From Candidatus Saccharimonadales bacterium (GTDB taxonomy: Bacteria > Patescibacteriota > Saccharimonadia > Saccharimonadales > Saccharimonadaceae), in the NCBI GenBank assembly GCA_038248455.1, contig JBBRXL010000001.1, forward strand, positions 1-31,937: a stretch of 31,937 nt of DNA, read 5' to 3'. Made by a program: the position numbers and the translations under genes. The first letter of the stretch is position 1; every line of letters starts with the position of its first letter. This document shows, in pieces, positions 18,571 to 26,465 of this stretch. The notes beneath the pieces were generated by a model. That model worked only from the letters and a program-made list of their open reading frames with translations. It had not been told where the DNA came from and made no database searches.

Positions 18571-19293
18571 TTAGCGTGGACGGCGCATGGCAACGGCTCG
18601 AGCTTCAAGAGTGTAGCAGTCGCTGATGGGTTCACTATAAAATACACCATATTTGCGCGTAATAGCTTGTTCAATCAAGAAATCAGCAATCTTCGGGTTT
18701 TTCGGTAGTAGCGATCCATGCATATAGCTACCTATAACGTTTTTGTAGCGAGCGCCCTCACTGTCGGACTCTAGGTTATTGCCAGCTCCCACGCGGATAG
18801 TCCCGAGCGGTTCGACATCGCTGTCTAGATAGGTTTGACCGCTGTGATTTTCATAGCCGACTATCTCTCCGAAGTCTTTACTAATGGTGACGATGTTGCC
18901 GATCAGTCGTTCTGCGCGTCCGTAAGTCTCGATATTTAAGATACCTATACCGCGGATAACTATACCGTCGGCTGTTTTAAAAAACTTTCCAAATATTTGG
19001 TATAATCCACATATTACTAACATGGGCGTGCCATCTTCAGCAAGCTTTTTGAGTTTTGGGGCTATTCTAATAAGGTCATCTTGGATCTTGTTCTGTCCGC
19101 TGTCTTGGCCGCCACCGCCAACAATTATATCTACGTTATCGGGGAATTTATCACCAACGTCGTAAGTCAACAGATTTACGCCGTAGCCATACCACTGAAG
19201 GCGACGCATAATAACTAGAACGTTGCCGTAATCGCCATATATATTCATATCTTTTGGATATAACTGCAAGATAGTGATCTCTCGTCCGGTCAT
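18571..19293 (-). CDS. gatD: Lipid II isoglutaminyl synthase glutaminase subunit GatD (CobQ-like)
   Basis: NIYGDYGN, GGGQD, ICGLYQ (catalytic Cys), YENHSG, SYMHGSLLPKNP; ATGA-coupled to murT. Confidence 0.9.
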   Translation of the reverse strand: MTGREITILQLYPKDMNIYGDYGNVLVIMRRLQWYGYGVNLLTYDVGDKFPDNVDIIVGGGGQDSGQNKIQDDLIRIAPKLKKLAEDGTPMLVICGLYQIFGKFFKTADGIVIRGIGILNIETYGRAERLIGNIVTISKDFGEIVGYENHSGQTYLDSDVEPLGTIRVGAGNNLESDSEGARYKNVIGSYMHGSLLPKNPKIADFLIEQAITRKYGVFYSEPISDCYTLEARAVAMRRPR

Positions 19294-20558
19294 GATATTT
19301 TCTCCACCTTGGTAACTTTAGAAAGTTTATTCCTAATATCGAGCATGGCTGTATATGTACAATATATTCGCTTTGGTTTATCTTTGTTGGTTGTTATAAA
19401 TTTCTTTAGAGCTTTTTTGATATTTGGATCAATATTATCTACTTTAACTTCGTCATATTTAAGACGAAGTCCCATATCAAAAGCACGAATGCCCGAAACT
19501 TGAGATACGCCTTTCTCGTGCAGTGACTCAAAACCTACGTCCCAAAGCCATGACATATCTCGACCATCGGCATAGTTGTCGTTGATGGCAATCATAGTAG
19601 CGCAGTTGAGTGGGTCAAATGATTTTAGGCCAAGCCGGAAGCCAGAAGGGTTTTTTACTAAGACTAGTTCTAGGGGTTGACCTTTTATTATAAGTGTCTC
19701 GCCTCGTCCGAAGGCTGGTGAGACATTTGATAAGTCTTCTAGGAGTTTAGCATTGTCTACCTTATCTCCGACAATTGACCGTACAAGAGTAAGGGCTGCG
19801 GCAGCATTAAATACATTGTAGATTCCATTTAGTTTTAGGTGTGTTCTATGAGCTTTGTTCTCTATAACAAACTCAGCTTTATCAACAGAGAAACGGTTAA
19901 GTACGACGTCCGCTTCGACGTTAGCCTTCGTTACGAGTCCTCCTCTCAGCGTGTCATCGGTTGGAAATTGAGCAACGAGTAACTTATCTAGCCCGAAGAA
20001 TTTTACTTTTTGAGTTGTGAGTGATTTTTGTATGTCGGCAATTCGTCTGTCTTCGCGGTTTAATACCACTGTATCTGTCGTACTAATGGCAATTTGGCGA
20101 AGCATGTTTTGGGTTGTATCGATCTCTCCGAAACGATCTAGTTGGTCACGCATCACATTTAAGATTAAGCTGTAGCGTGGTTTGATTGTCTTTACGAAGT
20201 TTACACCGTGGGCTTCATCAAGTTCCAAGACGGCTATGTCGGCCTTTAGTTTGCCGCTCAGGCTAATCTCGCCGAGCAGTGCGGCCGCTACTCCACGGGT
20301 AAAATTACTCCCTGTGCGATTCGTAAATACATTGAGACCCTGACCCTCGAGAAGTTCAACGACCATTTTGGTAGTCGTGGTCTTGCCGTTGGTGCCACTA
20401 ATAACCACTACGCCGCGCGGTAATTGGCTAAGTGTATTTTTGATAAAGTCGGGGTCTATCTTCTCAACAACGAGTCCCGGTAAAGCCGATCCGCCACCGC
20501 GTAGTTTTGCGACAGCTTTGACAGATTTTCCAATAATGGTTACGTACGTTTTTGGCAT
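19290..20558 (-). CDS. murT: Lipid II isoglutaminyl synthase MurT (Mur ligase + DUF1727)
   Basis: SGTNGKTTT, GSNF, LELDEA, RDQLDRFGE, LVKNPSG, NYADGRDMSWLWDV, YTAML. Confidence 0.92.
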   Translation of the reverse strand: MPKTYVTIIGKSVKAVAKLRGGGSALPGLVVEKIDPDFIKNTLSQLPRGVVVISGTNGKTTTTKMVVELLEGQGLNVFTNRTGSNFTRGVAAALLGEISLSGKLKADIAVLELDEAHGVNFVKTIKPRYSLILNVMRDQLDRFGEIDTTQNMLRQIAISTTDTVVLNREDRRIADIQKSLTTQKVKFFGLDKLLVAQFPTDDTLRGGLVTKANVEADVVLNRFSVDKAEFVIENKAHRTHLKLNGIYNVFNAAAALTLVRSIVGDKVDNAKLLEDLSNVSPAFGRGETLIIKGQPLELVLVKNPSGFRLGLKSFDPLNCATMIAINDNYADGRDMSWLWDVGFESLHEKGVSQVSGIRAFDMGLRLKYDEVKVDNIDPNIKKALKKFITTNKDKPKRIYCTYTAMLDIRNKLSKVTKVEKIS

Positions 20559-20594
20559 ATAGCCTATTATAGCTTAAGCAGGTATAATGAAGAT
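20559..20594. promoter_or_regulatory. Back-to-back -10 elements serving two divergent, apparently leaderless genes
   Basis: TATAAT on the minus strand (20566-20571) 7 nt from the murT ATG, and TATAAT on the plus strand (20583-20588) 6 nt from the ATG at 20595; palindrome gcttaagc between them. Confidence 0.65.
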
Positions 20595-20975
20595 ATGTTT
20601 TTGGTGGGTATAATTTCTTGGTGGTATGGAAGTGGCTGGATCAGTCGCTTGTCGATGACTAAAAATGGTTTAATCAAGAGTTTAGACTTTTACTCTATAG
20701 GTTTAATATTGAAGACTTTGTTCTCGCCTTATCGTCAGATATCGGCCGATTCAGTCAGTGGCTCTATGGGCGTGCAACTTCGGGCAATGATGGATAAATT
20801 TATATCTAGGATTATCGGATTTATCGTTAGGAGTTTTGTGTTGGTGTTTGGAATGGTTGTGATCGCGGTTCAGGCAATAATAGGCGCATTGATAAGTATT
20901 TTATGGCTAGTTGTTCCTTTTTTGCCGGTATTTGGTCTAATTATGTATGTCGTAGGCTGGACTCCATCGTGGTAG
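20595..20975 (+). CDS. Hypothetical membrane protein coupled to the Clp-like ATPase
   Basis: 126 aa; WWY, LKTLFSPYRQ, SRIIGFIVR; C-terminal TM hairpin; overlaps the start of the next gene. Confidence 0.75.
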   Translation: MFLVGIISWWYGSGWISRLSMTKNGLIKSLDFYSIGLILKTLFSPYRQISADSVSGSMGVQLRAMMDKFISRIIGFIVRSFVLVFGMVVIAVQAIIGALISILWLVVPFLPVFGLIMYVVGWTPSW

Positions 20976-23407
20976 CTAAGAGTTTTAATTACAGAAGCAC
21001 TAGATCAGAGAAGGCTAGAATTTGGCACGGTCTTGGCGGTGGAATTCAGGCATTAATGAGCTTTAGTGCAGTAGTTTTGATATTTGGAGGGCTCGCCCTG
21101 GTTGCAACCGGTCAGGCTATTGGTTGGGTGGCGCTTGGTTTTGCATTTATACCTGCTATGGTTGTCGAATGGAAAAAAGGAGAACTCGATAACCTAATCG
21201 TTGATAAAAAAAGCGAATCGATTGACGGCCTCATATCAAACGAAGTACTTGGGATGCTATCAAAAGACCCTAGTCCGTACGAGATAGCGACTATTGTTGG
21301 ACGCGTTTACAGTGGGCAGTTTTTTGCAGCGCGATTTGGTGTTGGAGCTGGCCTCTTGCAAGAAATATCTTCCAAAAATTCTCGAGATATTGGACCGCTA
21401 TGGGATGAGGCAAGAAAGATTCAAAAACAAATCGAATCTCAATATATTTCAGCCGGAGTTTTATTAGTCGCTATCATCAAGCTATTCCCGAACCACGATA
21501 CATTATTAGCCCATCTACAGTTGGACGTCGATGATTTGCTCCAAGGCATTAAATGGCAGGCTTATATCGACGATCTGATTGATTCATCTAGGCAAGCCAA
21601 GCTAAATGGCGGCATAGCCAGAGACTGGTCGTTTGGCTGGATACCTAATTTGTCGCGTTTTGGTCAAAACATTAGCTCGCAGATTTCATCCGGTAGTTTG
21701 TCTGCCATCAAGCTAGGATCTCACCAGGAATCATTAGACCATTTGTTGTCTATTATGGCCAGTAAAGGTCAGTCTAGTGCTGTATTGGTCGGAAAAGCAG
21801 GTGTTGGCAAGACCACGGTAGTTTATGCATTAGCCGAAAAGCTTCTGGATGCCGATTCTGGAGTCGACAGTAGTTTGCGGTTCAACCAGGTGTTCATACT
21901 TGATGCCGTATCACTGATATCGGCCGCACCAGGTAGAGGAGAGTTGGAGGGATTGGTGAACAGATTGCTCAGTGAAGCATATAGGGCCAAGAACATTATA
22001 ATCTGTCTAGATAACGCTCAGCTATTTTTTGAAGAAGGTATTGGCTCGGTCGATATATCCAACATACTGCTGCCGATACTTGAAGCCGGGAATCTCAAGA
22101 TGGTACTTACGATGAACGAGCAAAAGTACCTTCAGATTAGTAGCAAAAACCCACAGATAACTAGCGCTATGTCGCGTATAGTTGTCGAAGAGCCAGATGC
22201 TACCGAAGTATTTACTGTTATGGAAAATAAATTAATATTTATTGAATATCGTAAGAAAGTTACATATATGTATCAAGCAGTTCGTGAAGCTTATCGACTA
22301 AGTAGTCGGTACATATACGACTTATTTATGCCAGGCCAGGCTATCAAGCTCCTGGAGTCGGCTGCGGAATACGCCGAGAACGGCCTCGTTACGGCACGTT
22401 CTGTTCAGCAAGCTATCGAGAAGACTCAAGGTATTAAACTTGGAACAAGCGACAACCAAGAGGATCGAGACAAGCTACTGAACCTCGAAGCTTTGATCCA
22501 CGAGAGGATGATTAACCAGTCTAGGGCGGTAAGTGTAGTTAGTGATGCACTGAGGCGGGCCCGTTCTGGCGTGCGCAATCCAGATAGACCAATAGGTACA
22601 TTCATGTTCCTCGGGCCTACGGGTGTTGGTAAGACTGAGCTGGCCAAGGCGCTGGCTAGTGTGTATTTTGGCGGAGAAGACAGGATAATCCGACTTGATA
22701 TGAATGAATATGTCAGTAACGATGACGTGCAACGCCTGATAGCCGACGGTGCTGACGATAGCACAAGTTTGACAGCTCAGATTATGAAACAACCGTTTAG
22801 CGTGGTGCTGCTCGATGAGATAGAAAAGGCGCATCCGAATGTTCTCACTACATTTTTGCAGTTACTGGACGAAGGAATATTACGAGATGCCAGGAACCGG
22901 GAAGTTAGTTTCCGTGATGCGATCATTATAGCCACCAGCAATGCCGGCGCTGACAGTATCCGTGAAAATATTGAAAGAGGGATTGATATCGAGAAATTTG
23001 AAGACCAACTCGTTAACCAGTTGATTGGTAGTGGCGAGTTCAAGCCGGAGTTTTTGAACAGGTTTGATGAAATCGTTATGTTCCGACCGCTAAATAAAGA
23101 AGAACTGCTGCAGGTTGTTGACCTGATACTTGTCGGTGTCAACAAGACTTTAGCTTTGCAGAAAGTATCGGTCGACGTCAGCTTGGAGGCGAAGCAATAT
23201 TTGGTAGAAAGTGGATATGATCCTCGTCTGGGCGCTAGACCTATGCGACGCGTTGTGCAAAAGGCCGTAGAAAATACAGTGGCCAAGAAGTTACTCTCTG
23301 GCGATGTTCAGCCCGGTGGAGTCGTGGCGATTGATCTTGAGACTGTCAAGAAGTTGGTAGATAATAAGAATCAGGCCGACGATATAATCGAACAGTCTAA
23401 GGTCTAA
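20969..23407 (+). CDS. Membrane-anchored ClpA/ClpB-family double-AAA+ ATPase (atypical)
   Basis: Two N-terminal TM helices; NBD1 GKAGVGKT / CLDNAQ; NBD2 GPTGVGKT / LLDEIEKA, FKPEFLNRFD, GARPMRR. Start likely the GTG at 20969. Confidence 0.88.
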   Translation: MVAKSFNYRSTRSEKARIWHGLGGGIQALMSFSAVVLIFGGLALVATGQAIGWVALGFAFIPAMVVEWKKGELDNLIVDKKSESIDGLISNEVLGMLSKDPSPYEIATIVGRVYSGQFFAARFGVGAGLLQEISSKNSRDIGPLWDEARKIQKQIESQYISAGVLLVAIIKLFPNHDTLLAHLQLDVDDLLQGIKWQAYIDDLIDSSRQAKLNGGIARDWSFGWIPNLSRFGQNISSQISSGSLSAIKLGSHQESLDHLLSIMASKGQSSAVLVGKAGVGKTTVVYALAEKLLDADSGVDSSLRFNQVFILDAVSLISAAPGRGELEGLVNRLLSEAYRAKNIIICLDNAQLFFEEGIGSVDISNILLPILEAGNLKMVLTMNEQKYLQISSKNPQITSAMSRIVVEEPDATEVFTVMENKLIFIEYRKKVTYMYQAVREAYRLSSRYIYDLFMPGQAIKLLESAAEYAENGLVTARSVQQAIEKTQGIKLGTSDNQEDRDKLLNLEALIHERMINQSRAVSVVSDALRRARSGVRNPDRPIGTFMFLGPTGVGKTELAKALASVYFGGEDRIIRLDMNEYVSNDDVQRLIADGADDSTSLTAQIMKQPFSVVLLDEIEKAHPNVLTTFLQLLDEGILRDARNREVSFRDAIIIATSNAGADSIRENIERGIDIEKFEDQLVNQLIGSGEFKPEFLNRFDEIVMFRPLNKEELLQVVDLILVGVNKTLALQKVSVDVSLEAKQYLVESGYDPRLGARPMRRVVQKAVENTVAKKLLSGDVQPGGVVAIDLETVKKLVDNKNQADDIIEQSKV

Positions 23408-23945
23408 TAATTGTAACCAAGTTGTCCGATATCTTAATTATTTTTGATGCTTTGTCGGATGTGACACCAGAGATATAAATGTCTACGCCATCACCGAAAT
23501 ATCCACGAGCTTCGTCTATATTCGTGGCCGGTGGCATACCCTCCGAGTTGGCACTAGGTGCTATTAGTGGGCCAGTTTGTTTTAGTATATTCTGCAAATC
23601 AATATTATCAGGGAGTCTAAAAGCTAGCGAATTGGTTCCGCGGTGTAGGTACTCGTATTTTTTACTATGACAGTCCAGGATGATACTTACTGGTCCCGGC
23701 CAGTACTCATATAAAGCTTTAGATAATTCAGTCGATAGTTTTATTCCAAAAGATCGCAGATCATCAACTGAGGCGATTAGTATTATAGATGCTTTTGTAG
23801 GTGTGCGTTTTTTGAGATTATATATACGTTGAACGGTTTTCGGATTTGTGGCACTACCAACTATCCCATAGATTGTGTCTGTAGGTATAACGGCTACACC
23901 ACCATTTATTAGAATATCGATTAATTTATTTGGATTATTTTGCAT
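23397..23945 (-). CDS. tsaC: L-threonylcarbamoyladenylate synthase (TsaC/YrdC type)
   Basis: PTDTIYG, LKKR, YWPGPVSII, SLAFRLP, APSAN; 182 aa with no Sua5 C-terminal domain. Confidence 0.92.
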   Translation of the reverse strand: MQNNPNKLIDILINGGVAVIPTDTIYGIVGSATNPKTVQRIYNLKKRTPTKASIILIASVDDLRSFGIKLSTELSKALYEYWPGPVSIILDCHSKKYEYLHRGTNSLAFRLPDNIDLQNILKQTGPLIAPSANSEGMPPATNIDEARGYFGDGVDIYISGVTSDKASKIIKISDNLVTIIRP

Positions 23946-24000
23946 ATCTTGTTCTTAAATAAAAAGAGTAGGCAACATTTGAGAGTTTACCTAATCTTTT

Positions 24001-24078
24001 TGGGGCGAATGAAGGGGATTGAACCCTCCACCTCCGGAACCACAACCCGGCGCTCTAACCAAATGAGCTACATTCGCC
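24001..24078 (-). tRNA. tRNA-His(GTG)
   Basis: Cloverleaf with encoded G-1 opposite C73, acceptor GCGAATG/CATTCGC, anticodon loop TTGTGGT, CCA. Confidence 0.95.
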
Positions 24079-24177
24079 ATATTATTTAACCTAGCAATTG
24101 TAACAGATTGAAGGCAATAATTAAATACATAATGGTACTTTTACGGCAAGGCTAATACTGGTATAATAGCAAAACAC

Positions 24178-24252
24178 GCGGGCGTCGTATAATGGCTAAT
24201 ATGTCTGCCTTCCAAGCAAACGATGAGAGTTCGATTCTCTCCGCCCGCACCA
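24178..24252 (+). tRNA. tRNA-Gly(TCC)
   Basis: Acceptor GCGGGCG/CGCCCGC, anticodon loop CTTCCAA, T-arm GAGAG-TTCGATT-CTCTC, CCA; TGGTATAAT promoter upstream. Confidence 0.95.
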
Positions 24253-24436
24253 ATTAAAACTCCTCAGCTTGCTGGGGTATTTTAATTGGTATTCGGCTGA
24301 GAATAGAACTCTCATCGCGATTCGCTGAAAGCGAAGAGCCAGATGAGGGTTCGATAACAAGGAGCAAGACAGGAAAGTTTACTTTCACGGATGTGACGCA
24401 GTTATATCTTTAGATATTCTCTCCGCCCGCACCAAT
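24249..24436 (+). repeat. tRNA-Gly-mirrored element: hairpin, inverted T-arm copy, and a direct copy split at the T-loop
   Basis: Inverted copy 24299-24317 (18/19 to 24221-24239); direct copy 24342-24355 (13/14); exact 21-bp copy 24416-24436 = 24234-24254. Confidence 0.85.
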
Positions 24437-24450
24437 GATAGATCATTATA

Positions 24451-24477
24451 GGCGCCAGAATTGGCGTTTCTTTTTTT
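24451..24477 (+). terminator. Candidate intrinsic terminator after the tRNA-Gly element
   Basis: gcgcca/tggcgt stem with a gaat loop, followed by a T tract. Confidence 0.55.
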
Positions 24478-24503
24478 ATCATTAATAATGCTACGATAGG
24501 TAT

Positions 24504-24995
24504 ATGGAATTATTTGACCTGGTAGATACAGACGATAACATTATTGGCGTAACCAATAAAAAAGAAGCACACAGCACAGGCCAATTGCATCGAGTAGGTG
24601 CAGTGTACGTTTTTGACAGTAAGGATAGGCTATATGTTCAAGTACATAAGTCAAGTGGTGGACTATATGATCACTCTGTAGGCGGACACATATCACAAGG
24701 TGAAACCTATGCCGAGGGAACAAAGCGTGAAGCCGAAGAAGAGCTTGGTATTACGCAACCACTCGAAGAGTTGAGTATATTCTACTCAGACGAAGGCCCT
24801 GAGCTACAGCATATGTTTGGACTTTATACATGCGTAGCTGATCTTACATGGAAATTCGTTCCGAATGAAGAAGTAGATAAGATTATTCCAATGGAGATTT
24901 CGGCTATACGAGATCTTATGAATAAAGATCCCCAAAAATTTACGCAGGGGTTTATTAATACAATGTCCGAGTTTGTTCGCATAAAAGGCGAGTAA
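24504..24995 (+). CDS. NUDIX hydrolase (IPP isomerase type 1-like)
   Basis: LHRVGAVYV, Nudix box GGHISQGETYAEGTKREAEEELGI. Confidence 0.85.
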   Translation: MELFDLVDTDDNIIGVTNKKEAHSTGQLHRVGAVYVFDSKDRLYVQVHKSSGGLYDHSVGGHISQGETYAEGTKREAEEELGITQPLEELSIFYSDEGPELQHMFGLYTCVADLTWKFVPNEEVDKIIPMEISAIRDLMNKDPQKFTQGFINTMSEFVRIKGE

Positions 24996-25074
24996 GTCTC
25001 TATCTTATTTGGTATTTGATCTAGCATTTACCTATCCTAAAGAATTAGAATTATATGTTTGCTATGATGAATGT

Positions 25075-25458
25075 ATGGATTTAAAACAAAAAATTACCGA
25101 GCTGAACTTACCAATTAATAGTTATATAGTAGTCGGTAGCGGGATATTGGGCGCACTTGGTATTCGTGAATCTGGTGATGTTGATCTTGTGGTAACAGAT
25201 GAAGCATATAACGCGATAGAGAAGCTTGGCTGGAAACGTGGACTGTGGGGCGAAATAATTGTTTTTCAACACGAGGTATTTGATATTAGTAATGATTGGT
25301 ATGGAAAATCAGCAGAAGACTTGTTACCTTATGCGCAAGTGGTCGACCAGGTTCCTTACTTAAGTCTTGATGATGTATATGAGTGGAAAAAACAAAGAGC
25401 GCAAGAAAAAGACATTCATGATTTAAAGTTAATTGACGACTACAGACTAAGTCATTGA
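25075..25458 (+). CDS. Small nucleotidyltransferase-fold protein
   Basis: VVGSG...GIRESGDVDLVV (GS + DxD), C-terminal REKDIHDL. Start moved to the ATG at 25075, 6 nt after TGCTATGAT. Confidence 0.6.
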   Translation: MDLKQKITELNLPINSYIVVGSGILGALGIRESGDVDLVVTDEAYNAIEKLGWKRGLWGEIIVFQHEVFDISNDWYGKSAEDLLPYAQVVDQVPYLSLDDVYEWKKQRAQEKDIHDLKLIDDYRLSH

Positions 25459-25519
25459 TTTAACTCTTGCTTAGTTGTCGGACTATGAAACAGAGATAGT
25501 TTTTTGTTATAATCAACCA

Positions 25520-25978
25520 ATGACAGAACGTAATTCTATTAATGGAGCCATCATTCACGATGATGAGTCGAAAAAGCAAGATTATTTATTTCGCGTTTCG
25601 CTAAAGGCCGTAATATTAGACGAAAAAGGTCACGTATTGGTTGTAAAAGAGCGAGGTCGTGATTGGTGGGATCTTCCGGGTGGAGGAATCGATCACGGTG
25701 AGACTATAAAGGGCGCACTCGCCCGAGAGTTGTATGAAGAAGTCTCAATGAAGGGTGATTTTGACTATCAGACGATATTAACAGAAGACCCTCACTACTT
25801 AGAGGGTGGAAATTTATACCAAATCAGGGTAACTTTCATCGTAAAGCCTGACGTATTCGATTTTGGTCCAGGAGAAGATGGAGATGAAGTTAAATTTGTC
25901 GATCCAGTAACATATAAAAACTCGGAGATTATTGCAGAACAAAAGGTTTTTGAATATAGTCAGTTGGCTAAACGTTAA
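25520..25978 (+). CDS. NUDIX hydrolase
   Basis: RVSLKAVI, WDLPGGGIDHGE...ARELYEE. The ATG at 25520 is 6 nt after TGTTATAAT. Confidence 0.85.
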   Translation: MTERNSINGAIIHDDESKKQDYLFRVSLKAVILDEKGHVLVVKERGRDWWDLPGGGIDHGETIKGALARELYEEVSMKGDFDYQTILTEDPHYLEGGNLYQIRVTFIVKPDVFDFGPGEDGDEVKFVDPVTYKNSEIIAEQKVFEYSQLAKR

Positions 25979-26022
25979 TCTGGTATAATAAATCGGACAG
26001 ATCGCACGTCTGATTTGTCCAT

Positions 26023-26098
26023 GCCCCGGTAGCTCAGTGGATAGAGCAGAGGACTTCTAAGCCTAAGGTCGTTGGTTCGATCCCAACCCGGGGTACCA
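26023..26098 (+). tRNA. tRNA-Arg(TCT)
   Basis: Acceptor GCCCCGG/CCGGGGT, D-stem GCTC/GAGC, loop CTTCTAA, T-arm GTTGG-TTCGATC-CCAAC, CCA; weak anticodon stem. Confidence 0.9.
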
Positions 26099-26281
26099 TA
26101 TTATCAACTCATCCTTTTTTGGATGAGTTTTTAATATAATGCGGGTTGGCATTGAACCAACGACTTTTTGTATAGCAAAAAAAGTCGTTTGTTCGGTGTA
26201 GCAAATGAAATAAAAGAAAGCACCAGAGGTATTTTCTTTTATGAATGAGTGGAGGATGCTGGCAGATTCCCAACCCGGGGT
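26099..26281 (+). repeat. tRNA-Arg-mirrored element: hairpin, inverted T-arm copy, and a direct copy split at the T-loop
   Basis: Inverted copy 26142-26164 (21/23 to 26068-26090); direct copy 26184-26197 (12/14); exact 14-bp copy 26268-26281 = 26081-26094. Confidence 0.85.
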
Positions 26282-26465
26282 CAAATTGGTTATGTTTTTT
26301 AAATAAACAAGTTCTATATATGAGTAATTTGTAGTAATTAAGTCTACATTTATTATAAGCGTTTAATTGATGTAAATTTGAAATAACTGTGTATAAACCG
26401 GTCAAGCTTTTGACAATTTGTATAAATGTGTTGATAAATTACGCTAAACGTGTTACTATTTAAGT

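Noticed and set aside
24342-24436. Intron-containing second tRNA-Gly
   Set aside because: Only a 3' half is present (no acceptor 5' strand, D-arm or anticodon arm), and the ~60-nt insert is too short for a self-splicing intron.
26063-26405. Two minus-strand ORFs (73 and 98 aa)
   Set aside because: Overlap tRNA-Arg and the repeat element; low-complexity AT-rich translations with no motifs.
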